Of a DNA stretch of 64,000 bases, positions 44,371 to 53,933 are shown one piece after another (within the stretch, counting starts at the first letter, position 1; each line of letters begins with the position of its first letter). The DNA is from Microbacterium sp. 70-16. GTDB lineage: Bacteria > Actinomycetota > Actinomycetes > Actinomycetales > Microbacteriaceae. Location: contig NZ_MKTQ01000009.1 of NCBI RefSeq assembly GCF_001898315.1, positions 49,974-113,973 of the forward strand. The letters are read 5' to 3'. Both the position numbers and the translations under genes were made by a program. The notes beneath the pieces are model-generated. The model had not been told where the DNA came from. It made no database searches and saw nothing but the letters and a program-made list of their open reading frames with translations.

Positions 44371-46107
44371 ATGGTCGATCTGTCACAAGCCCCCTTCCAC
44401 CTGGACGCCGAGGCCATCGCCTGGGTCGAGCGCACGATCGACTCGCTGACACCCGAAGAGAAGATCGGGCAGCTGTTCATCAACCTCAACGTCTCGTTCG
44501 ACGAGGGCTACCTCGACTCGGTGATCTCCCGCGGCGTCGGCGGTATCCGGTTCATGGGCGCAGACTCCGCCACCGTGCAGCAGCACATCCGCTACGCGCA
44601 GTCGAACTCGAAGGTTCCGCTGCTGGTCGCCTCCAACCCCGAGATGGGCGGCGCGGGCAGCATCAACGACGGCACGCTCGTCACGACCCACCTCGGCGCG
44701 GGCTCGAGCCCCGACCCCGACGACGCGTACCGGCTCGGACTCGTCGGCGGGCGTGAGACCGCCGCGATCGGCTGCAACTGGGCGTTCGCGCCGATCGTCG
44801 ACATCCACCGCAACTGGCGCAACACCGTCATCAGCACGCGTTCGTTCGGCGACAACGCCGACATCGTCATCGAGCGCGCGAAGCGCTACTTCGACGGCCT
44901 GAGCGAGACCGGCTCGGCCGCCGCCATGAAGCACTTCCCCGGTGACGGCATCGACGAGCGCGACCAGCACGTCGTCACGACGTACAACACACTCGGCTAC
45001 GACGAGTGGAACGAGACCTACGGCCGCGTCTATCGCGAGCTGATCGCGCACGGCGTGCAGTCGATCATGATCGGCCACATCGGCGCCCCGGCCCTCTCGA
45101 AGCACTTCCGGCCGGAGATGACGGATGCCGAGGTGCTGCCCGCGACCCTCGCACCCGAGCTGCTGCAAGACCTGCTCCGCGGCGAGCTCGGCTTCAACGG
45201 CCTCATCCTCACCGACGCGTCGTCGATGATCGGCATGACGCAGGCCATGAAACGCAGCGACGCGGTACCGGCCGCGATCGCCGCCGGCTGCGACATGTTC
45301 CTGTTCTTCCGCAACCCCGACGAAGACCTCGAGTACCTCCGCCGCGGCATCGAGTCGGGCGTCGTCACGCAGGAGCGCCTGCACGAGGCCCTCACCCGGA
45401 TCCTCGGTTTGAAGGCATCCCTCGGCCTGCACACGACACCGCGCGACCAGCTCGTGCCCCCTGTCGAAGCACTCTCGGTGATCGGCAGCGACGAGCACCA
45501 CGCGATCGCGGCGGAGGTCTCCGACCGCGTCGTGACCCTCATCAAGGACACCGAGGGCAACCTGCCCCTGCGCCCCGAGACGCACCGCCGCATCCGGCTG
45601 TACGGCATCACGGGTCATTCTGACTTCACCGGCACCGACCCGAGCGGCTACCTCGACGTCGCCCGCGAAGAACTCGAGCGCGCCGGCTTCGAGGTGCATG
45701 TGTTCAAGAACGCCCTGCAGCGTCAGGCCGAGGGCGAAGAGGGCGTGTACTTCCACACCGTCATGCTTGACGAGGCATCCGCCGCCTATCCCGAGAAGTA
45801 CGACGCCGCGATCGTGTTCGCCAACGTCGCCGGCTTCGCCCAGGAGGCGACCGTCCGCATCCGCTGGTCGACGCCGATGGCCGCCGAGATCCCCTGGTAC
45901 GTCACCGAGGTGCCCACCGTGTTCGTCTCGCTGCAGCAGCCGAACCACCTCGTCGACGTGCCGATGGTCAAGACGATGATCCACGCGCACTCCCCCTCGC
46001 GCGAGGCCATCCACGCCGCCGTCGACAAGATCACGGGGGCATCCGCCTTCACCGGCACCTTCAACGACAACGTGTGGTGCGGCGAGATCTGGGGTACCCG
46101 ACTGTGA
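44371..46107 (+). CDS. Glycoside hydrolase family 3 protein
   Basis: Track ORF 43675..46107 trimmed to the ATG at 44371. It encodes 578 aa with GH3 motifs KHFPGDG and GLILTDA (nucleophile Asp). No signal peptide is present. Confidence 0.9.
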   Translation: MVDLSQAPFHLDAEAIAWVERTIDSLTPEEKIGQLFINLNVSFDEGYLDSVISRGVGGIRFMGADSATVQQHIRYAQSNSKVPLLVASNPEMGGAGSINDGTLVTTHLGAGSSPDPDDAYRLGLVGGRETAAIGCNWAFAPIVDIHRNWRNTVISTRSFGDNADIVIERAKRYFDGLSETGSAAAMKHFPGDGIDERDQHVVTTYNTLGYDEWNETYGRVYRELIAHGVQSIMIGHIGAPALSKHFRPEMTDAEVLPATLAPELLQDLLRGELGFNGLILTDASSMIGMTQAMKRSDAVPAAIAAGCDMFLFFRNPDEDLEYLRRGIESGVVTQERLHEALTRILGLKASLGLHTTPRDQLVPPVEALSVIGSDEHHAIAAEVSDRVVTLIKDTEGNLPLRPETHRRIRLYGITGHSDFTGTDPSGYLDVAREELERAGFEVHVFKNALQRQAEGEEGVYFHTVMLDEASAAYPEKYDAAIVFANVAGFAQEATVRIRWSTPMAAEIPWYVTEVPTVFVSLQQPNHLVDVPMVKTMIHAHSPSREAIHAAVDKITGASAFTGTFNDNVWCGEIWGTRL

Positions 46108-46148
46108 CCCTCACCTCGCCGACCACCTCCTCCCGCAAGGAAGCATCC

Positions 46149-47561
46149 ATGGAACTGCACTCCGACCCCGACCGCCTGCTGCCGGTCGACCCGCGCACGC
46201 GTGACATCGCCCGCGGACTCTACGAGTCCGTCGCGAAGCTGCCGATCATCTCGCCGCACGGGCACGTCGACCCGCACCTCCTGCTCGATGACGAGGCGTT
46301 CCCGAACCCGACAGAACTGCTGCTGCGCTACGACCACTACGTCACCCGCCTGCTGCACGCCCAGGGCATCGCGCTGAACGACCTCACCGTGCCCGACCGC
46401 AGCGGCATCGCCCCCACGGCTGACCCCCGCGCGGCGTGGCGCCGGTTCTGCGAGAACTGGCACCTGTTCGCCGGCACGGCATCGGGCTATTGGCTGCGCC
46501 ACGAGTTCACCGAGCTGTTCGGCCTCACCGAGCAGCCGAGCGCCGACAACGCGGATGCCCTGTACGACCGCATCGCCGACGTGCTCGCCCGCCCCGACTT
46601 CCGCCCCCGCGCGCTGTTCGACCAGTTCAGCATTGAGTTCCTCGCGACGACCGACGACCCGCTCGACGACCTCGCCCCGCACCGGGCACTCGCCGCCGAC
46701 GCATCCTTCACAGGCCGGGTCGCACCGACGTTCCGCCCCGACGCGTACCTGAACCCCGCGAACCCCGCCTTCATCGGCAACGTCGAGCGCCTCGCCGCGT
46801 GGAGCGGTTCGGCCGTCGACGACTACGCCGGCTACATCGACGCCCTCGAAGCGCGCCGCGCGCACTTCGTCGCGAACGGCGCCGTCTCGGCCGACCACGG
46901 CGTGCTGCAGCCGCTCACGTTCGAGCTCGACCCCGCAGAGGCCGCATCGCTGTACAAGCGCGCCGCGCGCGGTGACCTGACCGATGCCGAGAGCACGGTC
47001 TTCCAGGGCCACATGCTGCTCGAGTCGGCCCGGATGTCGGTCGCCGACGGCCTCGTCATGACGGTGCACCCTGGCGTGTCCCGCAACCACAACGACGAGA
47101 CGTTCGAGCGGTTCGGCCCCGACACCGGCCACGACATCCCCGTCGCGACGACGTACGTCGAGGCCCTCCGGCCGCTGCTGCAGCGCTACGGCAACATCCC
47201 CGACTTCCACCTCGTGCTGTTCAGCGTCGACGAGACGTCGTACTCGCGTGAGATCGCACCGCTGGCCGGCTTTTACCAGAGCCTGTACATCGGGGCACCG
47301 TGGTGGTTCCTGGATGCCCCGGACGCCGTGCTGCGCTTCCGTGCCGCCGTGACCGAGACCGCCGGCTTCTACCGCAGCTCGGGCTTCATCGACGACACCC
47401 GCGCGTTCCTGTCGATCCCGGCTCGCCACGACATGGCCCGCCGCCTCGACTCGGCATTCCTCGCGCGCCTGGTCGCCGAGGGACGCGTCGACGAGCCGAT
47501 GGCCCGTCGCATCGCCGTCGACCTCGTCGACGCCCTGCCCCGAAAGGTGTTCAAGCTGTGA
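46149..47561 (+). CDS. uxaC: Glucuronate isomerase
   Basis: Track ORF 46074..47561 trimmed to the ATG at 46149 (AAGGAAG upstream). It encodes 470 aa and is UxaC-like (LPIISPHGHVDP, GYWLRHEF, SLYIGAPWWF). Confidence 0.92.
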   Translation: MELHSDPDRLLPVDPRTRDIARGLYESVAKLPIISPHGHVDPHLLLDDEAFPNPTELLLRYDHYVTRLLHAQGIALNDLTVPDRSGIAPTADPRAAWRRFCENWHLFAGTASGYWLRHEFTELFGLTEQPSADNADALYDRIADVLARPDFRPRALFDQFSIEFLATTDDPLDDLAPHRALAADASFTGRVAPTFRPDAYLNPANPAFIGNVERLAAWSGSAVDDYAGYIDALEARRAHFVANGAVSADHGVLQPLTFELDPAEAASLYKRAARGDLTDAESTVFQGHMLLESARMSVADGLVMTVHPGVSRNHNDETFERFGPDTGHDIPVATTYVEALRPLLQRYGNIPDFHLVLFSVDETSYSREIAPLAGFYQSLYIGAPWWFLDAPDAVLRFRAAVTETAGFYRSSGFIDDTRAFLSIPARHDMARRLDSAFLARLVAEGRVDEPMARRIAVDLVDALPRKVFKL

Positions 47562-48925
47562 CCGTCACGACCGCTCCCGCCCTCAGCCGCAGCGCCGTCT
47601 TCGGCGACACCGCCACCGTCGCGCCGCGAATCGTCCACCTCGGCCTCGGCGCCTTCCACCGGGCCCACCAGGCCTGGTTCACGGCGCACGCCGCCGACGG
47701 CGCGGACTGGACGATCGCGGCTTTCACCGGCCGCGGACCGCGTGCCGCCGAAGAGCTCACCGCGCAGGACGGCCTGTACACGCTCATCGAGCGCTCCGTC
47801 GACGGTGACCGCGCCGAGATCATGTCGGTGATCGTCGAGGCGAACCGCGCCGACGACGTCGCACGGCTCAAGGAACTGCTGTCGTCGCCCGAGACGGCGC
47901 TGGTGACCCTCACCATCACCGAGCCCGCGTACCGACTGACACCCGACGGGACCCCCGATCTCACCGACGCGGCAGTGCTCGCCGACATCCGCGCGCTGCG
48001 CGACGGGCGCGACCCCGAGACCGCGCTCGGTCGCCTGCTCGCGGGTCTCGCCGCGCGCCGCGCCGCCGGCGCCGGCCGCATCGCCGTCGTGCCGTGCGAC
48101 AACATCCCCGACAACGGGCCGCTCGTGCGCACCGGCGTGCGGGGCCTGGCCGAAGCCGTCGACGCCGAGCTCGCCGACTGGATCCGCGCCGAGGTGTCGT
48201 TCGTGTCGACGTCGGTCGACCGCATCACACCGCGCACGACGGATGCCGACCGTGAGACCGCCGAGGCCCTGACCGGAATGCATGATCTCTCCCCCGTGGT
48301 CACCGAGCCGTTCGCCGACTGGGTGCTCTCGGGCGACTTCCCGGCCGGCCGGCCGCAGTGGGAGACGGCGGGAGCGCGCATCGTCGACGACATCGAGCCG
48401 TACGAGCGCCGCAAGCTGTGGCTGCTCAACGGCGCACACAGTCTGCTCGCGTACACGGGCATCCTGCGCGGACACACGACTGTCGCAGAAGCCATGGCCG
48501 ACCCCGACCTGCGCGCGTGGGTCGACGAGCTGTGGGATGAAGCGGCGGCGCACCTGCCGGCATCCCTCGGTCTTGCCGACTATCGGGTCGCCCTCGCCGC
48601 CCGCTTCGACAACGCGCAGATCGCTCACCAGCTGTCACAAATCGCAATGGAGGGCGCGACCAAGCTCGCCGTCCGCGCCGCCCCGGTTCTGCGGGCTGAA
48701 CTCGCTGCCGGGCGACCCGGAACGGCGTCGCTGCGGCCCATCGCGGCGTGGATCCGGCTGGTAGAGTCGGGAACTGAGATCACCGACGCCAAGGGCGCCG
48801 AGATCGCGGCAGCGCTGCAGACCACCGATTCGACTCGGGCGCTTCTTGCGCTGGTCGATCCGGGGTTGGCGACGGACGATATTGTCGCTGCCGTGCGCAC
48901 GTTCCCAGCCCAGGAGGAAAAATGA
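47558..48925 (+). CDS. uxuB: Mannitol-dehydrogenase-family oxidoreductase, probable fructuronate reductase
   Basis: Track ORF 47300..48925 trimmed to the GTG at 47558, which overlaps the uxaC stop (GTGA). It has IVHLGLGAFHRAHQAWF and VDRITP. The function is assigned from context with uxaC. Confidence 0.85.
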   Translation: MTVTTAPALSRSAVFGDTATVAPRIVHLGLGAFHRAHQAWFTAHAADGADWTIAAFTGRGPRAAEELTAQDGLYTLIERSVDGDRAEIMSVIVEANRADDVARLKELLSSPETALVTLTITEPAYRLTPDGTPDLTDAAVLADIRALRDGRDPETALGRLLAGLAARRAAGAGRIAVVPCDNIPDNGPLVRTGVRGLAEAVDAELADWIRAEVSFVSTSVDRITPRTTDADRETAEALTGMHDLSPVVTEPFADWVLSGDFPAGRPQWETAGARIVDDIEPYERRKLWLLNGAHSLLAYTGILRGHTTVAEAMADPDLRAWVDELWDEAAAHLPASLGLADYRVALAARFDNAQIAHQLSQIAMEGATKLAVRAAPVLRAELAAGRPGTASLRPIAAWIRLVESGTEITDAKGAEIAAALQTTDSTRALLALVDPGLATDDIVAAVRTFPAQEEK

Positions 48926-50370
48926 CCGCCACCGCCAATATCGGAGTCGTCGGCCTTGCCGTCATGGGCTCGAATCTCGCCCGCAACCTCGCGTCGCGCG
49001 AAGGGAACACGGTCGCCGTGTTCAACCGGTCGCGCTCCAAGACCGACGAGCTGCTCGCCGAGCACCCCGAGGCCGAGTTCGTCCCCGCGTTCTCGTACGA
49101 GGAGTTCGCCGCGAACCTGCAGAAGCCGCGCACCGCGATCATCATGGTCAAGGCCGGTGGCCCGACCGACGCCGTCATCGAATCGCTGATGGACGTCTTC
49201 GAGCCCGGCGACATCATCATCGACGGCGGCAACAGCCTGTTCACCGACACGATCCGCCGCGAGAAGGCCGTCCGCGAGGCGGGCTTCAACTTCGTCGGCA
49301 TGGGTGTCTCGGGCGGTGAGGAGGGCGCCCTCCTCGGCCCCTCGCTCATGCCCGGCGGCCCCGACGAGGCGTGGGTCACGCTCGGCCCGATCCTGCGTTC
49401 GATCGCGGCGGTCGCCGAGGGCGAGCCGTGCGTCACGCACGTCGGCCACGACGGCGCCGGTCACTTCGTGAAGATGGTGCACAACGGCATCGAGTACGCC
49501 GACATGCAGCTGATCGCCGAGGCGTACGACCTCATCCGTCGCGGCACGGGCAAGACGCCCGCCGAGATCGCCGACATCTTCGCCGAGTGGAACAAGGGCG
49601 AGCTCGAGAGCTACCTCATCGAGATCACCGCCGAGGTGCTGCGGCAGACGGATGCCTCGACGGGCAAGCCGCTCGTCGACGTCATCGTCGACGCCGCCGG
49701 CGCGAAGGGCACGGGCGCCTGGACGGTGCAGACGGCCCTCGACCTGGGCGTGCCCGTGTCGGGCATCGCCGAGGCGACGTTCGCCCGGTCGCTGTCGAGC
49801 CACCGCGAGCAGCGCGACGTCTCAGGTGGCCTGCCCGGACCCTCGAGCGAGGACTTCACCGTCGCCGACGCCGACGCGTTCGTCGAGCAGGTGCGCCTGG
49901 CCCTCTACGCCTCGAAGATCGTCGCGTACTCGCAGGGCTTCGACGAGATCCGCGCCGGTGCCGCGCAGTACGGCTGGACGATCGACCTCGGTGCGATCAG
50001 CCGCATCTGGCGCGGTGGCTGCATCATCCGCGCGCAGTTCCTCAACCGCATCGCCGACGCGTACGCCGCGGAGCCCGAGCTGCCGGTGCTGCTGAGCGCG
50101 CCGTACTTCGTCGAGGCCCTCGGCCGCGCGCAGGACGCGTGGCGTCAGATCGTCGCGACCTCTGCCGCATCGGGCATCCCCGCCCCGGCGTTCTCGTCGT
50201 CGCTCGCGTACTACGACGGCCTGCGCGCCGACCGCCTGCCGGCGGCGCTCATCCAAGGCCAGCGCGACTTCTTCGGCGCGCACACCTACAAGCGCATCGA
50301 CAAGGACGGCACCTTCCACACGCTGTGGTCGGGCGACCGCACCGAGATCGAGGCCGAAGACACCCACTGA
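48922..50370 (+). CDS. gnd: 6-phosphogluconate dehydrogenase (decarboxylating)
   Basis: 482 aa with IGVVGLAVMGSNLARN, GMGVSGGEEGA, HNGIEYADMQ and FGAHTYKR. The ATG overlaps the upstream stop. Confidence 0.95.
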   Translation: MTATANIGVVGLAVMGSNLARNLASREGNTVAVFNRSRSKTDELLAEHPEAEFVPAFSYEEFAANLQKPRTAIIMVKAGGPTDAVIESLMDVFEPGDIIIDGGNSLFTDTIRREKAVREAGFNFVGMGVSGGEEGALLGPSLMPGGPDEAWVTLGPILRSIAAVAEGEPCVTHVGHDGAGHFVKMVHNGIEYADMQLIAEAYDLIRRGTGKTPAEIADIFAEWNKGELESYLIEITAEVLRQTDASTGKPLVDVIVDAAGAKGTGAWTVQTALDLGVPVSGIAEATFARSLSSHREQRDVSGGLPGPSSEDFTVADADAFVEQVRLALYASKIVAYSQGFDEIRAGAAQYGWTIDLGAISRIWRGGCIIRAQFLNRIADAYAAEPELPVLLSAPYFVEALGRAQDAWRQIVATSAASGIPAPAFSSSLAYYDGLRADRLPAALIQGQRDFFGAHTYKRIDKDGTFHTLWSGDRTEIEAEDTH

Positions 50371-50382
50371 CGCCAGGGTCTG

Positions 50383-50445
50383 CGTTCGAGGAGCGCAAGT
50401 GGCTCGGCTTTCTGCCGAATGACAGCCATTTGCGCTCCTCGAACG
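50383..50445. terminator. Long stem-loop between convergent gnd and corA (bidirectional terminator candidate)
   Basis: CGTTCGAGGAGCGCAAGTGG-23 nt-CCATTTGCGCTCCTCGAACG forms a 20-bp stem with a single G-T position. Confidence 0.6.
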
Positions 50446-50446
50446 T

Positions 50447-51460
50447 CTACAGCCAGTCGTTGCGCTTGAAGATGAGGTAGAGCCCCGCGCTGACGGCGAC
50501 CATAAGGCCGATCGCGAACGGGTAGCCCCACGTCCAGCTGAGCTCGGGCATGTTGTGGAAGTTCATGCCGTACACGCCCGCGACGAGCGTCGGCGCGAAC
50601 CCGATCGCGGCCCACGATGAGATCTTCTTGACCTGATCGTTCTGCTGGATGCTCTGCTGGGTCATGCGCTCCATGGCCTCGTTGCGCCGCTGGTCGAGGA
50701 GCGTCGCGTGCACCGTCAGGGCGGCATCCAACGTCTGCCGGAACGCCGCGACGCGGGCGTCGACATACTGCGCGCGGTCGGTGATCTCGTGGAACGCGGG
50801 CACCGCGACACCGTGCGGTCGAGCCTGCACGAGATGCTCCAGCCGCTCGAGCATCGACTCCAGCGGCGCCGTCGCGTGGCGCAGGTCGATGACCTCGCGC
50901 TGCAGGGCGAAGATGCGGTGCGAGACGCCCTCGTCGTCACCGAAGAGCTGTTCCTCGATCTCGTCGATGTCGTGCTCGACGCCGTCCAGCACGTCGCGGT
51001 AGCCGCGCGTGACGAACTCGAACATCGCCCACAGCACACCGTACGGTCCCTTGCGGATGACCTCGGGATGCTCGTCGAGCTTGCCCCGCAGCTGCTCGAG
51101 GTCGACTGCGCCGTCCGGCGAGATGACGATCAGCACGTCGTCGCCGACGACGATGTCGACCTCGTGGCATTCGACGGTCTCGGCCGCGTCGTCGTACTGC
51201 GCCGGCTGCAGCGCGAGGTACAAATGGTCGCCGAAGTGGTCGAGCTTGGAGCGCTGGTTGGTGCGGACCATGGATGCCACACCGAGTGGCGCGAGCCCGA
51301 ACGTATCGGCGAGGGTCTTCAGGTCGTCGCCGCCCGGCCGCGTCAGCGACACCATGAGCATGCCACCCACCGCCCGCGTCGCCGCGAGCGCCTCGGGCAG
51401 GTTCTGGACGACGGGCCGCGCGAGCCCGTCCAGGTAGAGAACACAGTGCGGCACGGCCAT
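50447..51460 (-). CDS. corA: Magnesium/cobalt transporter CorA
   Basis: 337 aa with a YGMNF motif (GVYGMNFHNMPE) between two C-terminal TM helices. Confidence 0.93.
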   Translation of the reverse strand: MAVPHCVLYLDGLARPVVQNLPEALAATRAVGGMLMVSLTRPGGDDLKTLADTFGLAPLGVASMVRTNQRSKLDHFGDHLYLALQPAQYDDAAETVECHEVDIVVGDDVLIVISPDGAVDLEQLRGKLDEHPEVIRKGPYGVLWAMFEFVTRGYRDVLDGVEHDIDEIEEQLFGDDEGVSHRIFALQREVIDLRHATAPLESMLERLEHLVQARPHGVAVPAFHEITDRAQYVDARVAAFRQTLDAALTVHATLLDQRRNEAMERMTQQSIQQNDQVKKISSWAAIGFAPTLVAGVYGMNFHNMPELSWTWGYPFAIGLMVAVSAGLYLIFKRNDWL

Positions 51461-51509
51461 GGGCTCACCCTATGACCGTGCCGCACCGGCGGCGATCCGC
51501 CGCGCCCGC

Positions 51510-52235
51510 TCAGCGCGTGATGTCGCGGATCGTGCCCTTGTCCAGGCGCAGACGGCGCCGCGCCCGCTTCGCGACGGCGGAGTCGTGCGTCACCATGACG
51601 AGGGTCAGGCCCTCGGCGTTCAGCCGCTCGAGCACCGCGAGGATCTCATCGCGCATCGACTCATCGAGGTTTCCCGTCGGCTCGTCGGCGAGCAGCACGC
51701 GCGGGCGCTTCGCGATCGCCCGCGCGATCGCGACGCGCTGCTGCTGACCGCCCGAGAGCTCGCCCGGGCGGTGGTCGCCGCGGTCGGACAGTCCGACGTG
51801 CTCGAGCGCCTCGCGCACCCGGGTCTCACGCTCGGCGGCATCCAGCCCGAGGGGCTCCAGGCCCATCGAGACGTTCTCGGCCGCCGTGAGCGTCGGGATC
51901 AGGTTGAAAGCCTGGAAGACGAACCCGATCTCGCGCGCCCGCACCTGCTCGAGCACCTTCGCGGAGGCCTTGGCAAGGTCGGTGTCGCCGATCATCACGT
52001 GGCCGCTCGTGGGCACGTCGAGCGCGCCGAGCAGCTGCAGCAGCGTCGACTTGCCGCCGCCGGTCGGCCCCTGGATCGTGACGAAGTCACCCGTCGCGAT
52101 CTCGACGTCGACGCCCTTGAGCGCCTGCACGACACGGCCCTTCTGCTGGTAGGTCTTCGTCACCCCGGCCAGGCGGTACGCCGGCACGGTCGGGGCGCTC
52201 GTGGCATCCGCCACGGACTCGTCGATCATGGTCAT
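51510..52235 (-). CDS. ABC transporter ATP-binding protein (MacB/LolD type)
   Basis: Walker A GPTGGGKST, signature LSGGQQQR, Walker B VLLADEP. I favour the ATG at 52235 (AAGGAGA 5 nt upstream). The alternative is the GTG at 52277, which overlaps the permease stop. Confidence 0.9.
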   Translation of the reverse strand: MTMIDESVADATSAPTVPAYRLAGVTKTYQQKGRVVQALKGVDVEIATGDFVTIQGPTGGGKSTLLQLLGALDVPTSGHVMIGDTDLAKASAKVLEQVRAREIGFVFQAFNLIPTLTAAENVSMGLEPLGLDAAERETRVREALEHVGLSDRGDHRPGELSGGQQQRVAIARAIAKRPRVLLADEPTGNLDESMRDEILAVLERLNAEGLTLVMVTHDSAVAKRARRRLRLDKGTIRDITR

Positions 52236-52273
52236 CTCTGTCTCCTTGAGGGTGTCGTTGTCGGATGTCGCGC

Positions 52274-53767
52274 TCACGCGACCGCTCGCAGTGCTTCAGC
52301 GGGGCTCAGCTTCGCGGCGCGCCAGCCGCCGAACGCTCCGGCGACGAGGCCGCCGGCGACAGCCAGCAGCAGGGCCGCCACGATGATCCACACCGACAGC
52401 GGCGCGTTGAGCACGATGTCGGTCGCGGTCTGCGCCGTGGTGCCGAAGCCGCCACCGCCCACCGCGCCGCCCATGCCGCCGCCCTGGCCGGGACCACCGG
52501 TCGTCGCCGCGGGCGCCGACGAGATCGTCGGCGAGACGAGGTTGATCACGACGATGCCGATGAGGCCCAGGACGACACCGGCGATGCCGCCGATGAAGGC
52601 CTGCACGACCGACTCCCCCGCGACCTGTCCGACGACGCGCGAGTTCGACCAGCCGATCGCCTTCAAGGTGCCGAGCTCACGCGTGCGGCGCGTGATGCCC
52701 GAGATCGTCAGCAGCACCGCGAGGGCGACCGCGACGACGAGCACGATGATCGACAGCCACGTGCCGAGGTTCGTGATGAGCGAGCTGGCGCTGGAGAGCG
52801 AACCTGAGACGGTCGAGGCGAGGTCAGACTGCGAGCTCACCGTGGCATCCGGCAGCGCCGCTTCGAGCGCGGTCTGCACCGACGAGATCGCATCGCTCGA
52901 GGATGCCTGCACGTAGACGGTCGAGACGACGTCGCCCGCGCCGGAGAGGTCCTGGGCGACATCCAGCGGGATGTACACGTTCGACGCGGTGTCAGCGTCG
53001 GAGGATGCCGAGGCGACGATGCCGACGATCTCGAAGTCGGTGCCGCCGACGTTGATGGTGTCACCGACGGCGAGGTCGACGCTGGTCGCGTAGGTCGCGT
53101 CGAGCACGGCGACGTAGCTGCCGGCGTCGTCGGTGGTGAGCGCACGGCCGTCGCTGACGCTCACGGCCGACATCGGGCCGACCGAGTCGTCGGCCGCGTC
53201 GATGCCGAGCACCGTGAACGAGTCGACACCGAACGAGCCGCCGCCGAAGCCGCCGCCCTGGCCGCCCTGGCCGCCGTCCTGCGGCATCTGGCCGGCCGAA
53301 CCGTCGGTCGAGCCGTCCGTCGTGCCGCTGTCGGACGGCGCCTGCGGCAGCTCACCCGAGAACGTCATGTTGGTCAGGCTCAGGGCGCCCGAGACGGCCG
53401 AGACGCCGTCGATGCCGCTGACGGTGTCGAGCGTCGAGGCATCCAGCGTGCTGCGCCCCATCTCGGTCGTCAGCCGCGACTGGCTGAGGGTCGTCGTGCC
53501 GTCGTCCGACGTGGTGCCACCGTCTTCACCGAAGTCGAATTGGCCGCGGTCCTGGCCCGAGCCGGGTTCGGCCTGCGCGCCGGTGACGGTGAGGTCGGTG
53601 CCGACGCCGTAGACGGATTCGAGGGCCTTCGCCTGCGCGGCGCTGACGCCGGCCGACAGGGCGTTGACGATGATCACGAGCGCGATGGCGATCGCGAGGC
53701 CGATCGCGACGATCGCGGTCTGCTTCTTGCGCCCCGAGAGTTCACGGCGCAGGTAAGTCCAATACAT
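52274..53767 (-). CDS. ABC transporter permease, FtsX/MacB family with large extracytoplasmic domain
   Basis: 497 aa. It has an N-terminal TM helix, a ~300-aa external domain containing Gly/Ser/Thr/Asp-rich low-complexity stretches, and a C-terminal FtsX 3-TM bundle (TRELGTLKAIGW). Confidence 0.85.
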   Translation of the reverse strand: MYWTYLRRELSGRKKQTAIVAIGLAIAIALVIIVNALSAGVSAAQAKALESVYGVGTDLTVTGAQAEPGSGQDRGQFDFGEDGGTTSDDGTTTLSQSRLTTEMGRSTLDASTLDTVSGIDGVSAVSGALSLTNMTFSGELPQAPSDSGTTDGSTDGSAGQMPQDGGQGGQGGGFGGGSFGVDSFTVLGIDAADDSVGPMSAVSVSDGRALTTDDAGSYVAVLDATYATSVDLAVGDTINVGGTDFEIVGIVASASSDADTASNVYIPLDVAQDLSGAGDVVSTVYVQASSSDAISSVQTALEAALPDATVSSQSDLASTVSGSLSSASSLITNLGTWLSIIVLVVAVALAVLLTISGITRRTRELGTLKAIGWSNSRVVGQVAGESVVQAFIGGIAGVVLGLIGIVVINLVSPTISSAPAATTGGPGQGGGMGGAVGGGGFGTTAQTATDIVLNAPLSVWIIVAALLLAVAGGLVAGAFGGWRAAKLSPAEALRAVA

Positions 53768-53873
53768 GGTTCTCCTTCTGGCGCACCTGCGCCGACGAAT
53801 CGACGGTATGGATGGCGTTGATGGAGGACCTCGGCTGCGGTTATGCGCAGGCTATGTCTGCGGCATCCGGATT

Positions 53874-53901
53874 CATAGGCTGTGCATAGCCCCAGCCATA
53901 G
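53874..53901 (+). promoter_or_regulatory. Three direct CATAG repeats at 11-12 bp spacing (candidate OmpR-family binding site)
   Basis: CATAG occurs at 53874, 53885 and 53897, in the divergent region between the ABC permease (start 53767) and the response regulator (start 53934). Confidence 0.3.
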
Positions 53902-53933
53902 ATTCTTCACAGGCGGCGCACCACAATGGCCTC

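Noticed and set aside
52236-52277. GTG at 52277 (overlapping the permease stop) as the start of the ABC ATPase.
   Set aside because: It remains possible. I preferred ATG 52235 because of the strong AAGGAGA RBS 5 nt upstream. The 14 extra residues (MSATSDNDTLKETE) carry no ABC features.
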